A DNA stretch of 64,000 bases, from positions 1 through 64,000 of the forward strand of contig MEDY01000088.1 in the NCBI GenBank assembly GCA_001724265.1. The letters are read 5' to 3'. Source of the stretch: Rhizaria sp. SCN 62-66 (taxonomy: Eukaryota). Under the pieces are notes generated by a model. That model did no database searches, had not been told where the DNA came from, and saw only the letters and a program-made list of their open reading frames with translations. Both the position numbers and the translations under genes were made by a program. Numbering within the stretch: position 1 is the first letter of the stretch; every line of letters begins with the position of its first letter. Below are positions 14,093 through 26,684 of the stretch, in pieces.

Positions 14093-15070
14093 ATGCGTTT
14101 CACCCTCGCTTGGGTCGGCCTGATGGCCATGGCTGCCACCTCGGTGCTGCCCTCCGGCGCGTACAGCGCCCCCACGGTCCCGCCGATGGCTAACTTCCCC
14201 GAGCAGTACTTCGAGCCCCACCAATTCACGTGCAGTGGCACCGCGCATGAGGTGACTCCTGCCTTCGCCGGTTACCAGTACTGCCAGCTGCCGAGCGAAT
14301 GCACGACGTCCATCTCGATGGGCAACTCGCAGACGCCGCTCGCCTTCGCCAACTACGCTGGCCCTAACGCGGCGCCGCAGAACTTCGGCGACATGCAGTT
14401 CCGCTGGGGCCGCGTGCAGGCGCCGATGGCCATCGTGCTGGGCTCGTCGACGAGCAACGGCACGCAGGGCCGGCCCACTGGCAAGATCCAGTACTGGATC
14501 GAGACGGACAAGTTCTCCTTGCTCGAGGTCGTCGGCTCGTACGGCCAGGATTTCATTGACCCCGGACTCACTTCGAACTCGACGACCCCGCGCGCGACGG
14601 CGAACGAGGTCGTGCTTAAGGCCGAGTTCGCTGGCTTCACCACCACGGCCGTGCACCGCGCCAAGGTCGACTCGACCACGGCCACCGACGTCATCTCGCC
14701 CTTCTGGACCGTGATCATCGAGCTCGACCGCGGACGCGTCACGGGCCTCACCTGGGACAACTCCTGCTCCGGCTGCTCCAAGGACGAGTGCATCCACGAC
14801 GACGAGGGCGCCGAGCAGGGCTGCGGCCTCACGCGCACCGCCTGCAACGACAACACAAACAACGTGTCATGCGACCTCAAGATCTATGTCGGCTGGAAGG
14901 GCACCGACGTCAGCGGCAACTACATGCTCTCGGCGCAGTCGGCCATCAGCAACTTCCGCCGCTTTGCCGCCAAGATCGCGTGGGACATCGCGGCGCGCAC
15001 GGCCAAGCAAATCTCCCAGGGCCTGCCGGACCCCGACGACTTCCCCTCCATGCCAGACATCCCGATCTAA
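14093..15070 (+). CDS. Uncharacterised secreted Cys-containing protein, 325 aa
   Basis: Strong GC3 coding bias from ATG 14093; signal-peptide-like MRFTLAWVGLMAMAATSVLPSGAYS; Cys cluster CSGCSKDEC..C..C..CDLKIYVGWKGTD; TAA stop. Confidence 0.8.
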   Translation: MRFTLAWVGLMAMAATSVLPSGAYSAPTVPPMANFPEQYFEPHQFTCSGTAHEVTPAFAGYQYCQLPSECTTSISMGNSQTPLAFANYAGPNAAPQNFGDMQFRWGRVQAPMAIVLGSSTSNGTQGRPTGKIQYWIETDKFSLLEVVGSYGQDFIDPGLTSNSTTPRATANEVVLKAEFAGFTTTAVHRAKVDSTTATDVISPFWTVIIELDRGRVTGLTWDNSCSGCSKDECIHDDEGAEQGCGLTRTACNDNTNNVSCDLKIYVGWKGTDVSGNYMLSAQSAISNFRRFAAKIAWDIAARTAKQISQGLPDPDDFPSMPDIPI

Positions 15071-18000
15071 ACATGCTACGCAATTGGTCTCGTGCAAACG
15101 CAGTGGGGCGTGCGCGCAGCCAGCCTGGCAGATGGATGAGCTCGGCCGGTGATGCTGTCGCCATTTAGCGTGGTCACTCGTGTTTGACCTCTGTCGGTGT
15201 TTTGATTGTCCTCTGTCTTCATTATGCATTATTGTAGATTTATTTTTCGACGTGTGTCGTTTAGTTTGACTGTATCTGTACTATATATATGTGTCAAAAT
15301 TGTGGGATATTTCTCGATTGGTTGGGGGTGGGGGCGTTAAGTGCAGTGTAGGTGCACAAATGCTACGAATACAAAGCATAAACTTATTGATATTATAATG
15401 TTGCATTCATTTTTAGATGTTCAGTTCATGTGTAAGGCCACAAACACCGCTACACACGCCCTGATCATGCAAAAATGCGCTGCGCGCGCAAACTCGCACA
15501 CTCAGCTCGCATCGACTCTGTGAGAGTGAGTGCGAGACCAGGCGAGTGTGCGTGCGTGCGGCGCAGGCGGAGAGCCATGATGACGGCAGCGAGAGGAACG
15601 CAAACGGTGGTAACGGCACCGGCGCGCGAGCTCGCGATGTGACACGGGCGGAATTGGGGTAAACAAAGGCTGAGGCAAGACAAATCGTCGTACTAGTAGA
15701 AGAAAGAATAAAAACGCAAATCTAAGAATGATGTGTTATTGTGGGTGCAAAGAAATGAGAGAGGTTGGAGGTGTAAACATAGAGAGACTAAGGGAGGAAC
15801 TTAGTTGATATAACTGCACTGGGGAGGAGAGATGACAGCGTGTTATGATTGCAAACAAAAGTAACGTTTCTGCTTGCTAGTTAGAATAGTGACAACGCGT
15901 CGGAGAACGGATAAAGCACATAACACAACTTATGTATTGTTTTCCAAAAAAAAAAAAAAAACTGATAGTTATTATGATAAAGACAGAATAGACGATTACA
16001 GTAGAAACAACAAACGAGCAAACAAACTACTGGGCAAAATAAAATCACGAAAAGAGATAGATGAGCGCACGACGCGCTGCGCGCGTTTTGGTGAGCGTGG
16101 GATCGCGTTCAGGTACGGTCTGTGTGTGAGAGTGGACGTGTGGCATAGGCGTGCGCGACAAGCTGTGGGTTGCACAGACGGCCTAAGTCACCCGTCATCC
16201 ACAGCAACGACAGGTGAGGTCAACAAAACAATAGATCTTGTTTGTGTAAACGGTGACAGAAAAACGAAAATAAACTGAATGAAAATAGAGCGTGCCTATC
16301 TTTTAACGAAGATAGTCGCACTGTCAGCGCCAGAGCCATCGGCTCGTTGCCTAGTCTAGACAGAAACGAAAATGCGAGTTAGGGAAACGCAATGCAAACA
16401 CATGCAGCAAATGAGCAGTGAAACAAACGGAGTATCTCGGCAGCGCCGCAAGCGGCGAGCCGTGGGGTTGGTTTGTCGGGCAAAGTAATCGACAGCTAAA
16501 AAGAAGAAGAAAAAAAAAGCATTATGTGAGGTGTAATACAGTGTGTACGAACGACTGGGCGAGCGAGGATAGTGTAAGTTCTCCTGTCACGAGTGGGAGG
16601 GTAGTTGGTGTAAGAGACTGAGTAGGTGACTAGAGAAAAGTTTGATTCGCGCAATAAGATTATTGCCGTTTCAGGGATTGATGCAACAAAGGAATAGAAT
16701 GTGTTAACAAAGCACTATTAGTGAGATATACTGAAGTGAAGGGTAATTTTTGGACATATAAAATGAAATTAGAGTTGCATGCGCGTGGTGCGTGTGCGTG
16801 GGTGAGGAAAAAGGTGGTGTGTACACAGCCAGCACCCACATCCTCGCACGCACTTGTCCATGGAACAACTATCGACCACCAGTGATAGCAGTGACCAGCG
16901 GCAACTTAACATACCAAGACGGAAGCAATGCAGCATCAAAAAACGGCAGGCACAAACATGGCACAGTGACTCCGAACGTTGAAGCAAAGCAAAGCACAGC
17001 ACAGAAAATGGTGAGTATAAAACAGTCAAATAAGGAAATCAAGTGTGGAGGTTAACATAATGTTAACAAATCTCTCAGTGAAACAAAAGAGAGAGTGTCG
17101 TCAACAATAACGACCGCAGCGGCGAACGAGTCGCGCGCGTGTGCGTGTTGGCGAACGTGAAACATATGATTGAATAAAAAAATCAAGTACAAAAGCGACC
17201 GGATACGAGGTGAAAAACGCTGTTAATAAAGCAAATCACAATGTGGGGTGGGGAGAAGCCAGAAACATTGACATCAGCAAGCTCAAATGCGAAAAGCAGA
17301 TGTAATTGCAAATAAAACGAACACGGTTGGGAGTAAGCAAAACAGGCACAAAACAGGTGCAGCAGCCTGCTTACAACGATGTTGTCAAGTTTAGGATTAA
17401 GGAAGAAAGAAAAAGCATTGCGATGCATCAAGAGAGTACAACGAATGCCAAGAGAAAAAGAAAAAAAAAAAAAACACAAATGTGAGTTTAGTGCTACAAA
17501 GGAAAAAAAAAAATCGAGCGGCACCACACAGAGTACGCACGTAGACATGAAATTTAAAGACAGTATCTCAACTGAACATCTGTGTCTAGTGCACGGTGCG
17601 AATCACAAAAAAGCATGACAGGTTGCGTCGAGCGTTTTTCCGAGATGCAATTAGAGAAGGTGGGATAGCATAAACACGTTAAAAGAAATCAGTTGATTCA
17701 GAAATCATTGACTATGAAACGTAATGGGAGGAATGAGTGAATCAATCAATAGAATCGGGGGTGTAGGTCAGACTCGGTGCGTGCCATGTTGCCCTCGCAA
17801 CCAAGTGTGAACCGGTTGTTGCCAGTCTCGTGAACAAGAAAAGCGCACGAAACATGTTGCAGCCAGAGCAAACGAGCACTGCATCTGGCACAGAGGGCGA
17901 AGAGAAACAAGGCGAAGAGAAACAAAAGAAAGCACTATCGGAATCGCACACGACGAAAAGACAAAACTAGTGATTACCGGCAAAGTGTGTCCAAATAGCG

Positions 18001-18674
18001 GCCGGTAAAGAACACGGGGGAAACCAACGAGGTACTACACCGACCCATGCGTGACTCTGTAAGCACGAGGGGGCATCAGCAATACGCAAGTGACTTCTTG
18101 TGGAAATGAAATCCAGGCGTTCTGTTTAGTTCGGGTGATAGGCGTGACTACATCATCAAAAGGCTGAATATAACAAAATAAAATGCAAATTAATGCAAAA
18201 CTAAAACAACAGAACAGGAGGTGAAAACAAACCTACAAAAGTCACCTACCGTTGAACCAAAAAAAAAGGCACAATAAAACAAAAAGTAACACACGGAAAT
18301 ACAAATGACGAGATTATGAGCGTACAAAAATAACACCAACGAGCAAAACAGACAGCATCGACATGAACGAGCCAATGTGAAAACAAATTGATTAAAAGCA
18401 CCTGATTAAAAAGAAACGCTCACGGTTCTCGCGGCGAGAGCCAAATCTTGCCGCTCGCTCGTCGATACCGCTGTGCCACGATGGCAAGGCGCACTGAACG
18501 GAGTCAGTGGCCGACTCTTCAGGCATATTGTCTAGTGATGTGTACATGGCGCGGCGGCTACAGTCCACAATGACTGCAACCTCGATGGGACCAACAACGC
18601 TACCAGAACGAGTCAACCGAACAACAAGCAAACGAATGTTTGACAAAAACAACGAAAAATCATAAAATGGAGTT

Positions 18675-21600
18675 TCATAACTCCGCACGTGCGGGCGTAC
18701 TGGCCTGAGTGGCCTTGATAGCCTTAACGGCGTCGCTGTTACCGCTGCTATTGGAGCTGTAGATGTCTGTTGCGAGCGTAATGCTCGATGCACGTAACAT
18801 CGCCGCAATCCTCGCTCCGGGGCTCACAGCCGCGCCGGCCTTGCTCTGCCCAGGCACAGTGTGATCGAGAGCGCCGCGACCCGAAGTCTCGAGGTCAATA
18901 TCGCCGTCACCGTCGCCGTCGCCGTCACCATCATGGTCGCCGAGGGGTAGGCGGCCGAAACTCTTGCCGAACGCATCGTTCGCAGCGCCCGTGGCTTTGG
19001 TACCGGCGCCGTTGTGGGCGTGGAACGACGTCGTCCCCAGCCCACCGCTCGAGTGCATGCGGGCCAGAGCAGCATGAGCATGACCGCGCGCGTGGGCGCT
19101 GTTGTTAGCGCCCTGGGTGGCCGTGGGGGCGCGCGCTGGGCCACGGCCAGCGAAGCTCTTGGTAGCATGCGGCGTCAGCGACGGTGGCGCTGTGAAACCA
19201 GAGCCGGAGCCATTGACGGAGAGCGGTGAGATGCAGTCGATGCGCAGCACGTGCGCGCCCGCGGCGCCGGCGCCGGCGTCAACGCCGGAGCCCGGCTGCG
19301 CGTCCGCGTGGACCGGCGGGCTGGAGAGGCTGCTGGTGGCGAGCGGCGAGCCGAAGCCGAAGCCGACACTGGCACCGCAGGACTCGGCGCCACTGGGCGC
19401 CATGGCTGAGGGAGCCAGAGTCGAGGGCGCCAGGTGTAGCGACGAGCCTTGCATCGACGGGGCTAACAGTGACACAGGACCGGGGCGCAGGGCCGAAGAA
19501 CCAAAGAAAGGCGACGACGCGAAGTTAGCGTCCGCGCCAGCATTAATATTGGAGTTCGTATTCGTGCCCACTGTGGGAGTGACATGAGCAGCGACATCAG
19601 GGACAGCAGCATCAACAGTCGGAGAAGCAAGAGTGACAGGCGCAGCGCCAGTCTGAGGAAATGAAACAGCAAGTGGTGAGGACAATAATGTGCCAGAAGA
19701 TGCTGGCGAAGCCAGGACAACGCTGTTTAACTGTTGCTGCTGCTGTGAATGAGGTTGTTGTTGTTGCTGCTGATGATGATGATGATGATGTTGCTGATGC
19801 TGTTGCGCGAGTTTATGTGAGTGGAATGCTGAGGCTGCCGCGAGGCTCGCGACCGCGGCTGGCAGCGGCAGCGGGAGCGTCGTGTTCTGCGCGCTCTCCG
19901 TGTTCTGTGCAAGGCCCTGCTGCAGCTGCGACAAAGCTCTGGAGTAGGTCGCCGCAGTCACCCCGGTGTTGTTGCTGGAGGACGACAGCGAGTGCTGCAC
20001 GGCGAGTGGCGCGCGACCCGACGCCGCCGAATGCGAAGCGGCTGAGTAAGATGACGACGAAGCCATGGCGGCAGAGCGACCGTAGTGCAGCGACGTGGGC
20101 GACACCATCGACGACGCGGGTGAGGCCAACACGCGGCCGTGCAGCGGACTGGACGGGTCGCTGTCCTGTGTGAGTGATGACCGCTTGGCCATCTCGGGCA
20201 TGGGCATTGTGTTGCTGTTGCTGTTGTTGTTGTTGCTGTTGTTGTTATTGTTGTTGGTACTATTGATGTTTGAGTTGTTGATGCTGTTAATATTGTTTGG
20301 GAGATTGTTTGGGTCGGTGTTGTTAATGTTGTTGCTGTTAGGGAAGAAGAACGCAGCCCCACCCGCTGTGCTGCGTGTTGCGCTGCTGCCGCCGGCGCCC
20401 AGGTAGTACGAGTTGGCGCGCCCATCAAACGCGATGGGCACCGTGGGGGACATGAGCGGCGGCGCGAGCTGCGCGGACGACGCCGCGGACGATGACGAAA
20501 GTGGGGATAGCATGAACCCGTTCGCGTTGTGAGACGAGCTGGTGAACGCAAACAAAGGCACCGGGAGCTGCGACTGCGTGAGTTGCTGTTGCGAAATCGG
20601 AAGGTTGTTGTTCGCAGGGACGGTGATGGGAGTAGGGCGCGCGAGCTTGACGGACGACTGACCCGTCAGAGCCTGCGGTTGCAGTTGCAGCTGCATCTAC
20701 ACCTGAGAGTGGGAATGAGACCGGATGGGCGACAGCATCTTGGCCGCAGGGGCCTTCGCCAGTTCGGTTGAGACAGGCCCGGGGCCAGTCACCGCAGCGG
20801 ATGCTGAGGGCGCCGCAGGCGCAGCAGGCGCAGCAGGCGTAGCGATCGTCGTAAAACCGACAATGAGTTGCGACGACTGTGCCGCGTGGTGCGCATGCAG
20901 CAGCGGTGAGAGTGCTCTGAAGACCACGCCAGTCGCCGCCGACCCGTTAGCGTCGGAGCCCACGGGAGGAACTTTCTGCTGCGGGGATTGATGTAGCTAC
21001 AGCTGCGGCTTGAACTGCGACAGCTACAGTGGCTGCTGTTGCAACTGGGACTGCGACTAGAACTGTGTCTGTGGCTTGAGGGGAAATGAGCTGCCGCCAG
21101 CAGCGTACGCACTCTAAGACTGCAGCGTCATGACCGTTTTCGGCGGTGCCAATTGCGAATGTGTCTGATAGTGAGGCCCGTTCCCTTGCCCATGCTTGGG
21201 GCCTTGGCCGTGGCCGTGACCTTGGCCGTGGCCGTGAGTGTGTCCCTGGCTCTGCGTGGCCTGAGCCTGCAGCTGCTCAGCCTGAAGACGCTTGCGACGC
21301 GCATCCTTGTCCTCGAGCGCGAGCTCCAGCTGCAGCGGTGGTACCATAGCAGCCAACTCAGTCTGGCGACGAGTCAGTCGCGCGCCACTCCGCGAGCCGC
21401 TTGAGCTGCTGCCATTGTTCGAGTGCACAAACGAGTTGGCGCGCTGGCCGCTGAACTCAGGCGCGGCGTATGTAGCGCCGTCACCGCCAAACGAGTCGGC
21501 GTTGCTGAGCAGTCCGGCGTCGTCGCGCGACTGCGACATCGCAACCGCGTGCGCGGCGACGGCGGCCGTGTTCGCATCGCTGTCGGCCTCGGCCTCGACG

Positions 21601-24600
21601 TCGGACTCGTCGATGATGTCCAAGCCGGCCATCTCAAGCATCTTCTTGCCCCAGTCGGTCTTGTCGGTCTCGTCACGCTCTCTGACGGTGCGGCGCGCCT
21701 GCTGCTGCTGCTGCTGCTGCTCCTGCTCCTGTTCCTGCTCCTGCTGCTCCTTCTGCTGCTGCGGCGGCTGCTGCTGCTGCTGCTGCTGCTTCACAAGAGC
21801 TTGCTGTGCGAGCTGCGCCTGTGCTTGCGCCTGATTCTGCGCCTGGGTGGCGAGCATAGCGGGTGTGTGAAGCTGCGCCTTGCTCTGTTGCTGCGTCTGC
21901 GCACGCTGCGCCTGCTGCCACTGCTGCTGTTGCTGTTGTTGTTGCTGTACACTAAGCTGAAGGTGTTGTTGTGACTGGAAGGCGTTGGACGCGAGCCCCT
22001 GCATCGGCACCGGCTGCAGCCCCGTGGCGGTGCCGGCGGACGCGAACGCGGCGGCAGGCGCGACGCGGAAGTGCGAAGGCGACGGCAGCTGCGCGGGCAG
22101 CGGTGAGCCGGGGCCCTGCAGCGACGGCGACATGGGCTGCGCGGGAGACATCGGCGACGCGCACACGAACTCGACGGCCAGCGCGGGCGACTGTGCGGCG
22201 AGGGGCGTCGGCACGGTGAGCATCGCGGCGCCGGACACAGTCGTCGCCGGCTGGGCGGGCGTCGCGCACGGAGTCGGCATGCCCGCGATCGCCACCAGCG
22301 GCATCGGCTCAGGCGCAGAGGCCGTTGACGTCGCAGTCGTCGCCGTCATAGTCATCGGCGTTGCAAGAGCGGCGGTAGCAGCAGAAGCAACGGCAGTCGC
22401 GGAAACAGCAGTGGTCGCGCCGCTGGGCACCGTAAGCAGCGCCTGCGAGGCCGCAGTCTTGAGGCTCTTGGAGCTGCCGGCGCGGCTGTCAGTCTGCAAC
22501 GAGTCGACGACGAGCGATGACGCGGGCGCAGCGTGCTTCTTTAGCGACGGACTGATGCTACGGAAGAACTCAGACTGCTGCGGGATGGTGCGCTCGCGCT
22601 CGCGCTCGCGGGGCGCGCCCAGGGCCACGGTCGCCGCGGCGGGCACGCGCCGGCCCTCGGCGAGCGCCACAACGGCCGCGGACGCAACTGCGGCTGTATC
22701 AGCGGCAGACGTCAGCGACAACGACGCCGCGGTGGTCGCGGTGGCCGAGGCCGCCGTCGTGGCCGTAGGCCGCGCAAGCTCGAGCGTCTGCGGCGGGTCC
22801 GAACGCGCTTGCTGCTGCACGAGTGGCGACGCAATCGACGACGGCGCGGCAGACATGAGCGGCGACGTTACTTGCGGCTGCGTCGGCGCGACCGCAGAGG
22901 CGCCTAGCAGCGCCTTGCCCGAGACCGGTGCGCTGGCGTCCGTGTCGGTGCTGTGGCGCGGACCGTGGAGGCGGCCGACGCCGGAGCTGCTGGGCACCGT
23001 GGAGTTGGACGCAGAAACGGACAACGCCACCAGGCCCGTCGACAGCGTGGGGGCCACGTAGCTCGCGGCCGCGATCGTCGTCGGTGGTGCGGTCGTCGTG
23101 TCACCATCGCCGTCGCCGTCGCCGTTGACGTTCACCGTGCACGAGAACTGCGCAGACGTTGGAGTCGACGTCTTGGCCTCGGCCGCCGCAGCAGCAGCGG
23201 CGGCGGCAGCAGCAGCGGCGGCGTTGGCCGCGGCCGCGGAGCGCAGCGGCGAGAGCGCATCGTCAGAGTCAGCGAGCCTGGCGACGACTGCGGCGAGGCT
23301 GAGTGAGGCCACGGCCGAGGTGGCGTGCGAGCCGCGCGCCGAGGCCAGGCACTGCAGCTCGGGGTCCTCGTCTGTGTCGTCGGTGTTGGTGCTGGGAGTG
23401 CGCGCGGCGACCGGCGCCGCGGAGGACGTCGCTGCGGAGACCTTGGTCCGGCTGACGTTAACCACCACGGGCGTCGAGGGGCTCTGGACCTCTGACTCCC
23501 GCATCGCCGAAGGCTCGGCGGGCGCAGCCAGCGCGGCGGGCACACCGGGCACGGCGGGCGCGGTGAAAGTGTCATTAGGGTCGTCGCCGCGACTTGTGTG
23601 CTCCTCCGACTCGCGGAACGCGCTGGCGTCGAGCGCCAGGTCGCCGGTGAGCGCGACAGGGACGAAGCCCAGCTTGAGGGAGGACGACGCCGACGCGCGC
23701 GCGTTGAACGGCCGCGTCGGCGACGCGGGCGACAGTGACGAGGAGACGAAGGGCGCCGAGACCGTGGCGTTGGTGACATCGTGCATCGGGGACACGTAGT
23801 GGCTGCTCGGGGTCAGCAATGCGGCCGACTTGCTGTGCGCGTGCGGAGATCCAACTGCGGCAACGATTCCGTAGCCGATAGGGCGCGTCTTGCGGCCAGG
23901 AGTGCCCGCGCTGCCGACGCCCGCACCGGCGCTGACGCTGCCGCCGAGGCCGCCGCTGGGGGCCGAGATGACGAGCGTGGTGGGGAAGGCGCTGGTGGCG
24001 CTGGCGGACTCGAAGTAGGGGCTCGAGGGGCCGGAGCTGAGGCCAAAGGCCGGCGCAGGCAACGGGCCCGAGGACGGGCTGACAAGGTGCCCCGCGGGCG
24101 ACGGCGCCGTCAGCGGCGTTTGACCCGTGAGCGGCGTGCGGATGCTGTTGCTGCTGCTGACGCCGCGCGAGGTGACCGTCGCGGGCGGCAGCGTCGAGGC
24201 CGCGATAGAGCCAGTGCCCGAGACCGAGGACTGCGCGAGCGAGGCCAGCACGCCGCCGCCGGAGCCCAGGCCCAGGCCGGAGCCGGGGCCGGTGGACGAG
24301 AGCGGCCCGCGGTACAGGGGGCCGATCATCGTGATCACGGAGCTGCGCGGCAGCGCGTTGGGGGTGCCGAAGGCGCTGCCGGAGCCGCTGCCGCCGAGGT
24401 TGCTCAGCGTGTACGCGTGGGGGTTCTGGGTTGTCTGTGATTGCATGTGTGCGGCCATCAGCGAGGTGGACACGGTAAGAGGAGAGCCGTGCTGCTGCGG
24501 CGAGCCCGGGAACCCACCCCCCGCACCAGAGCCCTTGCTTCGGGAGTGACGCAAGCGGGCACCAGAGCCGCCGCCGCGGCCGCCGCTGGAGCCCATGCGC

Positions 24601-25382
24601 GAGAGCGAGTGTAACGCGGCCGGTCCGGCGTCGTCCTCGCCGTAGTCGTGGGAGTGATCGTCCGCGTCTCCGTCTCCATCGGCATCAGCGTCAGCGTCGG
24701 CGTCGGCGTCAGCTTCTGTGCTGGGGGTAGCCTCGATAGCAATCGCGTCGATGGGACTGTTGGAGGCGGAGGGAACCGTAACGAGCGTGCCGTCTCCGGA
24801 AGCGCCAACATCGCGGGAAGAGGATGTCGGGGCCGCGGGTGTGTGATGGACAGAAGAAGGGATCGGCATGTGCGGGCCGTGGAAGCAAGGGGAGGTCGTT
24901 TCTGCAAGAGTAGCCGTGGTCATCAAAGGGGAGATGAAGTCGTCCGCGGGAGGGCTAGCACCAGCGAGTCCAGATGAGGCAGCCTTCTTTGCGTCATGGG
25001 ACCTCGAAAAATGCGCGCCGCCACTCCTCAGCCCCATCTCGATCGATGCGGAGCCGCCAACAGGGTTAACCTCGGACTGTTCTGATGCCTCCTCAACGGG
25101 GGCCAGCAGGACAATGGGGATCTCCCCATCGTTTGCGTGGGGCGTGGCGTTTGTGGATAGGGGTGCGGAGTATTTTGATGCTGCCTTTGTAGAGTGAGGC
25201 CCCGGCACAGCGGGTTGTGAGTCTGTAGTTACGTCGATAGGGCCCTCAGAAACGTCTGGCCATCCGAGTCGAGGTGTTGGATGGTGGACGGCGTCAGTCG
25301 AAGCTGGATGGTCTGGTGTAGCTGCGGGGTGGGTGCTCCCGACTTTGCCGGGAGACTTGCCTTTGAACGAACAATTACCCAT
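18675..25382 (-). CDS. Very long low-complexity S/A/P/Q-rich protein with MGNC N-terminus, 2235 aa if five in-frame TAG are read as sense
   Basis: ORFs 21114-25595, 20697-20963 and 18675-20696 are one frame broken only by TAG at 21114, 21057, 21024, 20997 and 20697. Composition is continuous across them. Likely start MGNCSFKGK at 25382; TGA stop. No recognisable folded domain. Confidence 0.75.
20205..20340 (-). repeat. Coding AAC-rich repeat (poly-Asn tract)
   Basis: (GTT)n-like run on the plus strand encoding NSNNINN...NNNNNNSNNNNSNSN. Confidence 0.85.
21699..21790 (-). repeat. Coding CAG/GAG trinucleotide repeat (poly-Gln/Glu)
   Basis: (CTG)n/(CTC)n on the plus strand encoding QQQQQQQPPQQQKEQQEQEQEQEQQQQQQQ. 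Confidence 0.85.
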
Positions 25383-25994
25383 CCAGCTGACATCACCAAA
25401 GTTTCCAAAAAACCAAGCTGGAGGCGCACAGAAAGAAAATAAGAAAAGGCCACAGGGGGCAGTGAGACAACACATCGTCCGAAGGTTCGTTCTGAAGACA
25501 TATCCTGGCATATCGTTCAGATGAATGCGGCTGCGAATAACGGAAGCAAATAAAAATCGTCCTAGCAGACAACGAAACCATATCACAGTATTCATTTGAG
25601 GGACGTGTCAAGCTGCAAAGCCTTCGCATTCTCAAGTGTGGACTAGGTCGGCTCACGCCCACGGTCGACAACCGTCTCCCAAAAGCGGAGTGCCTGGGCT
25701 TTCTGCACAAAACTGCAGCACCCACAAGCTACATTTGATTGTGATTGAATTTAAAGAAATGAAAAACTACGGGTTTACATGAAAGCGTGTGTATTTTTTG
25801 AAAGAAAGTCTGGCACGTAGTGAAAAAAACCCTTGTTATAGAACGCGTCGTTTTTAGAGGTGGTTGCCTGGGCGCGTGGCCCTACAAAGCCACTTCAAAC
25901 GCAACGTACATCTCCATCATATCACAATACCGCATCATAAATCACCGTATTTGATCGTCTAAACTTGATTCGAAGCCTTTTGCGTCCGATCCGC

Positions 25995-26684
25995 TCAATT
26001 GCGGTTCTCAAAGTCTGCGTACGTGAGCACGACAGGGCGGCCGACGAGGTGCGGGCCGGCCCCGTGCACGGCCCCCAACCCCGGTCCCAGCGCCACGGCG
26101 CAGGCTACAGCCTCGGCGACGCGCTCCTTGTTGGGCGGCGCGAGCAACGCGGCGAGCACGGCACTGGGCGGGGAGGGCAGTGGGCGCGGAATCTCGCCCG
26201 AGAAGAAGGTCCCCGGGTTCCCTGCTGAGGCGTTGGGCACCATGACCTGCGCTACGACGCGTTCATAGCGGGCCGTGCGCGCCTGCGCCACCGCGCCCAG
26301 AGGACCGATGTACGGCCGCGAGTGCAGCGAGACGTCGATGAGTCCGTGGCGCGCCTGCTTGACGATGGCCAGATAAGACTCCTGCTCGCGCAGCTTCTTG
26401 TCGGTGAAGGAGGTCGCGAAGCCGCCGCGCGAGGTGCCCATGCGAGTTGCGTACGATTGCGCGCCCAACGGCCCGCCGAGCATGCCCGGTGACGTCAGCG
26501 AGGGCGACGCGTGCAGCGACGCAGGCAGGTTCACGTTGGGCGACGGTGCGCCCGCGGCGCCCGCGCCGGAGCCGGCGGAGGCGGCGCCCGAGGACTGAGG
26601 GCCGGAGGCGGGGCCGCCGCGGCTCGGGGCGCGCGTGCGGTCGCGCTGGATGGCCTCGCTGGGAGAGGAAAACAGGCAGCCCAT
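25995..26684 (-). CDS. LAMTOR1/Ego1-like Ragulator anchor protein, 229 aa
   Basis: N-terminal MGCLFS (myristoylation plus palmitoylation). REQESYLAIVKQARHGLIDVS...ARTARY resembles the LAMTOR1 core helix ending IDVS followed by R..Y; TGA stop. Confidence 0.65.
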   Translation of the reverse strand: MGCLFSSPSEAIQRDRTRAPSRGGPASGPQSSGAASAGSGAGAAGAPSPNVNLPASLHASPSLTSPGMLGGPLGAQSYATRMGTSRGGFATSFTDKKLREQESYLAIVKQARHGLIDVSLHSRPYIGPLGAVAQARTARYERVVAQVMVPNASAGNPGTFFSGEIPRPLPSPPSAVLAALLAPPNKERVAEAVACAVALGPGLGAVHGAGPHLVGRPVVLTYADFENRN

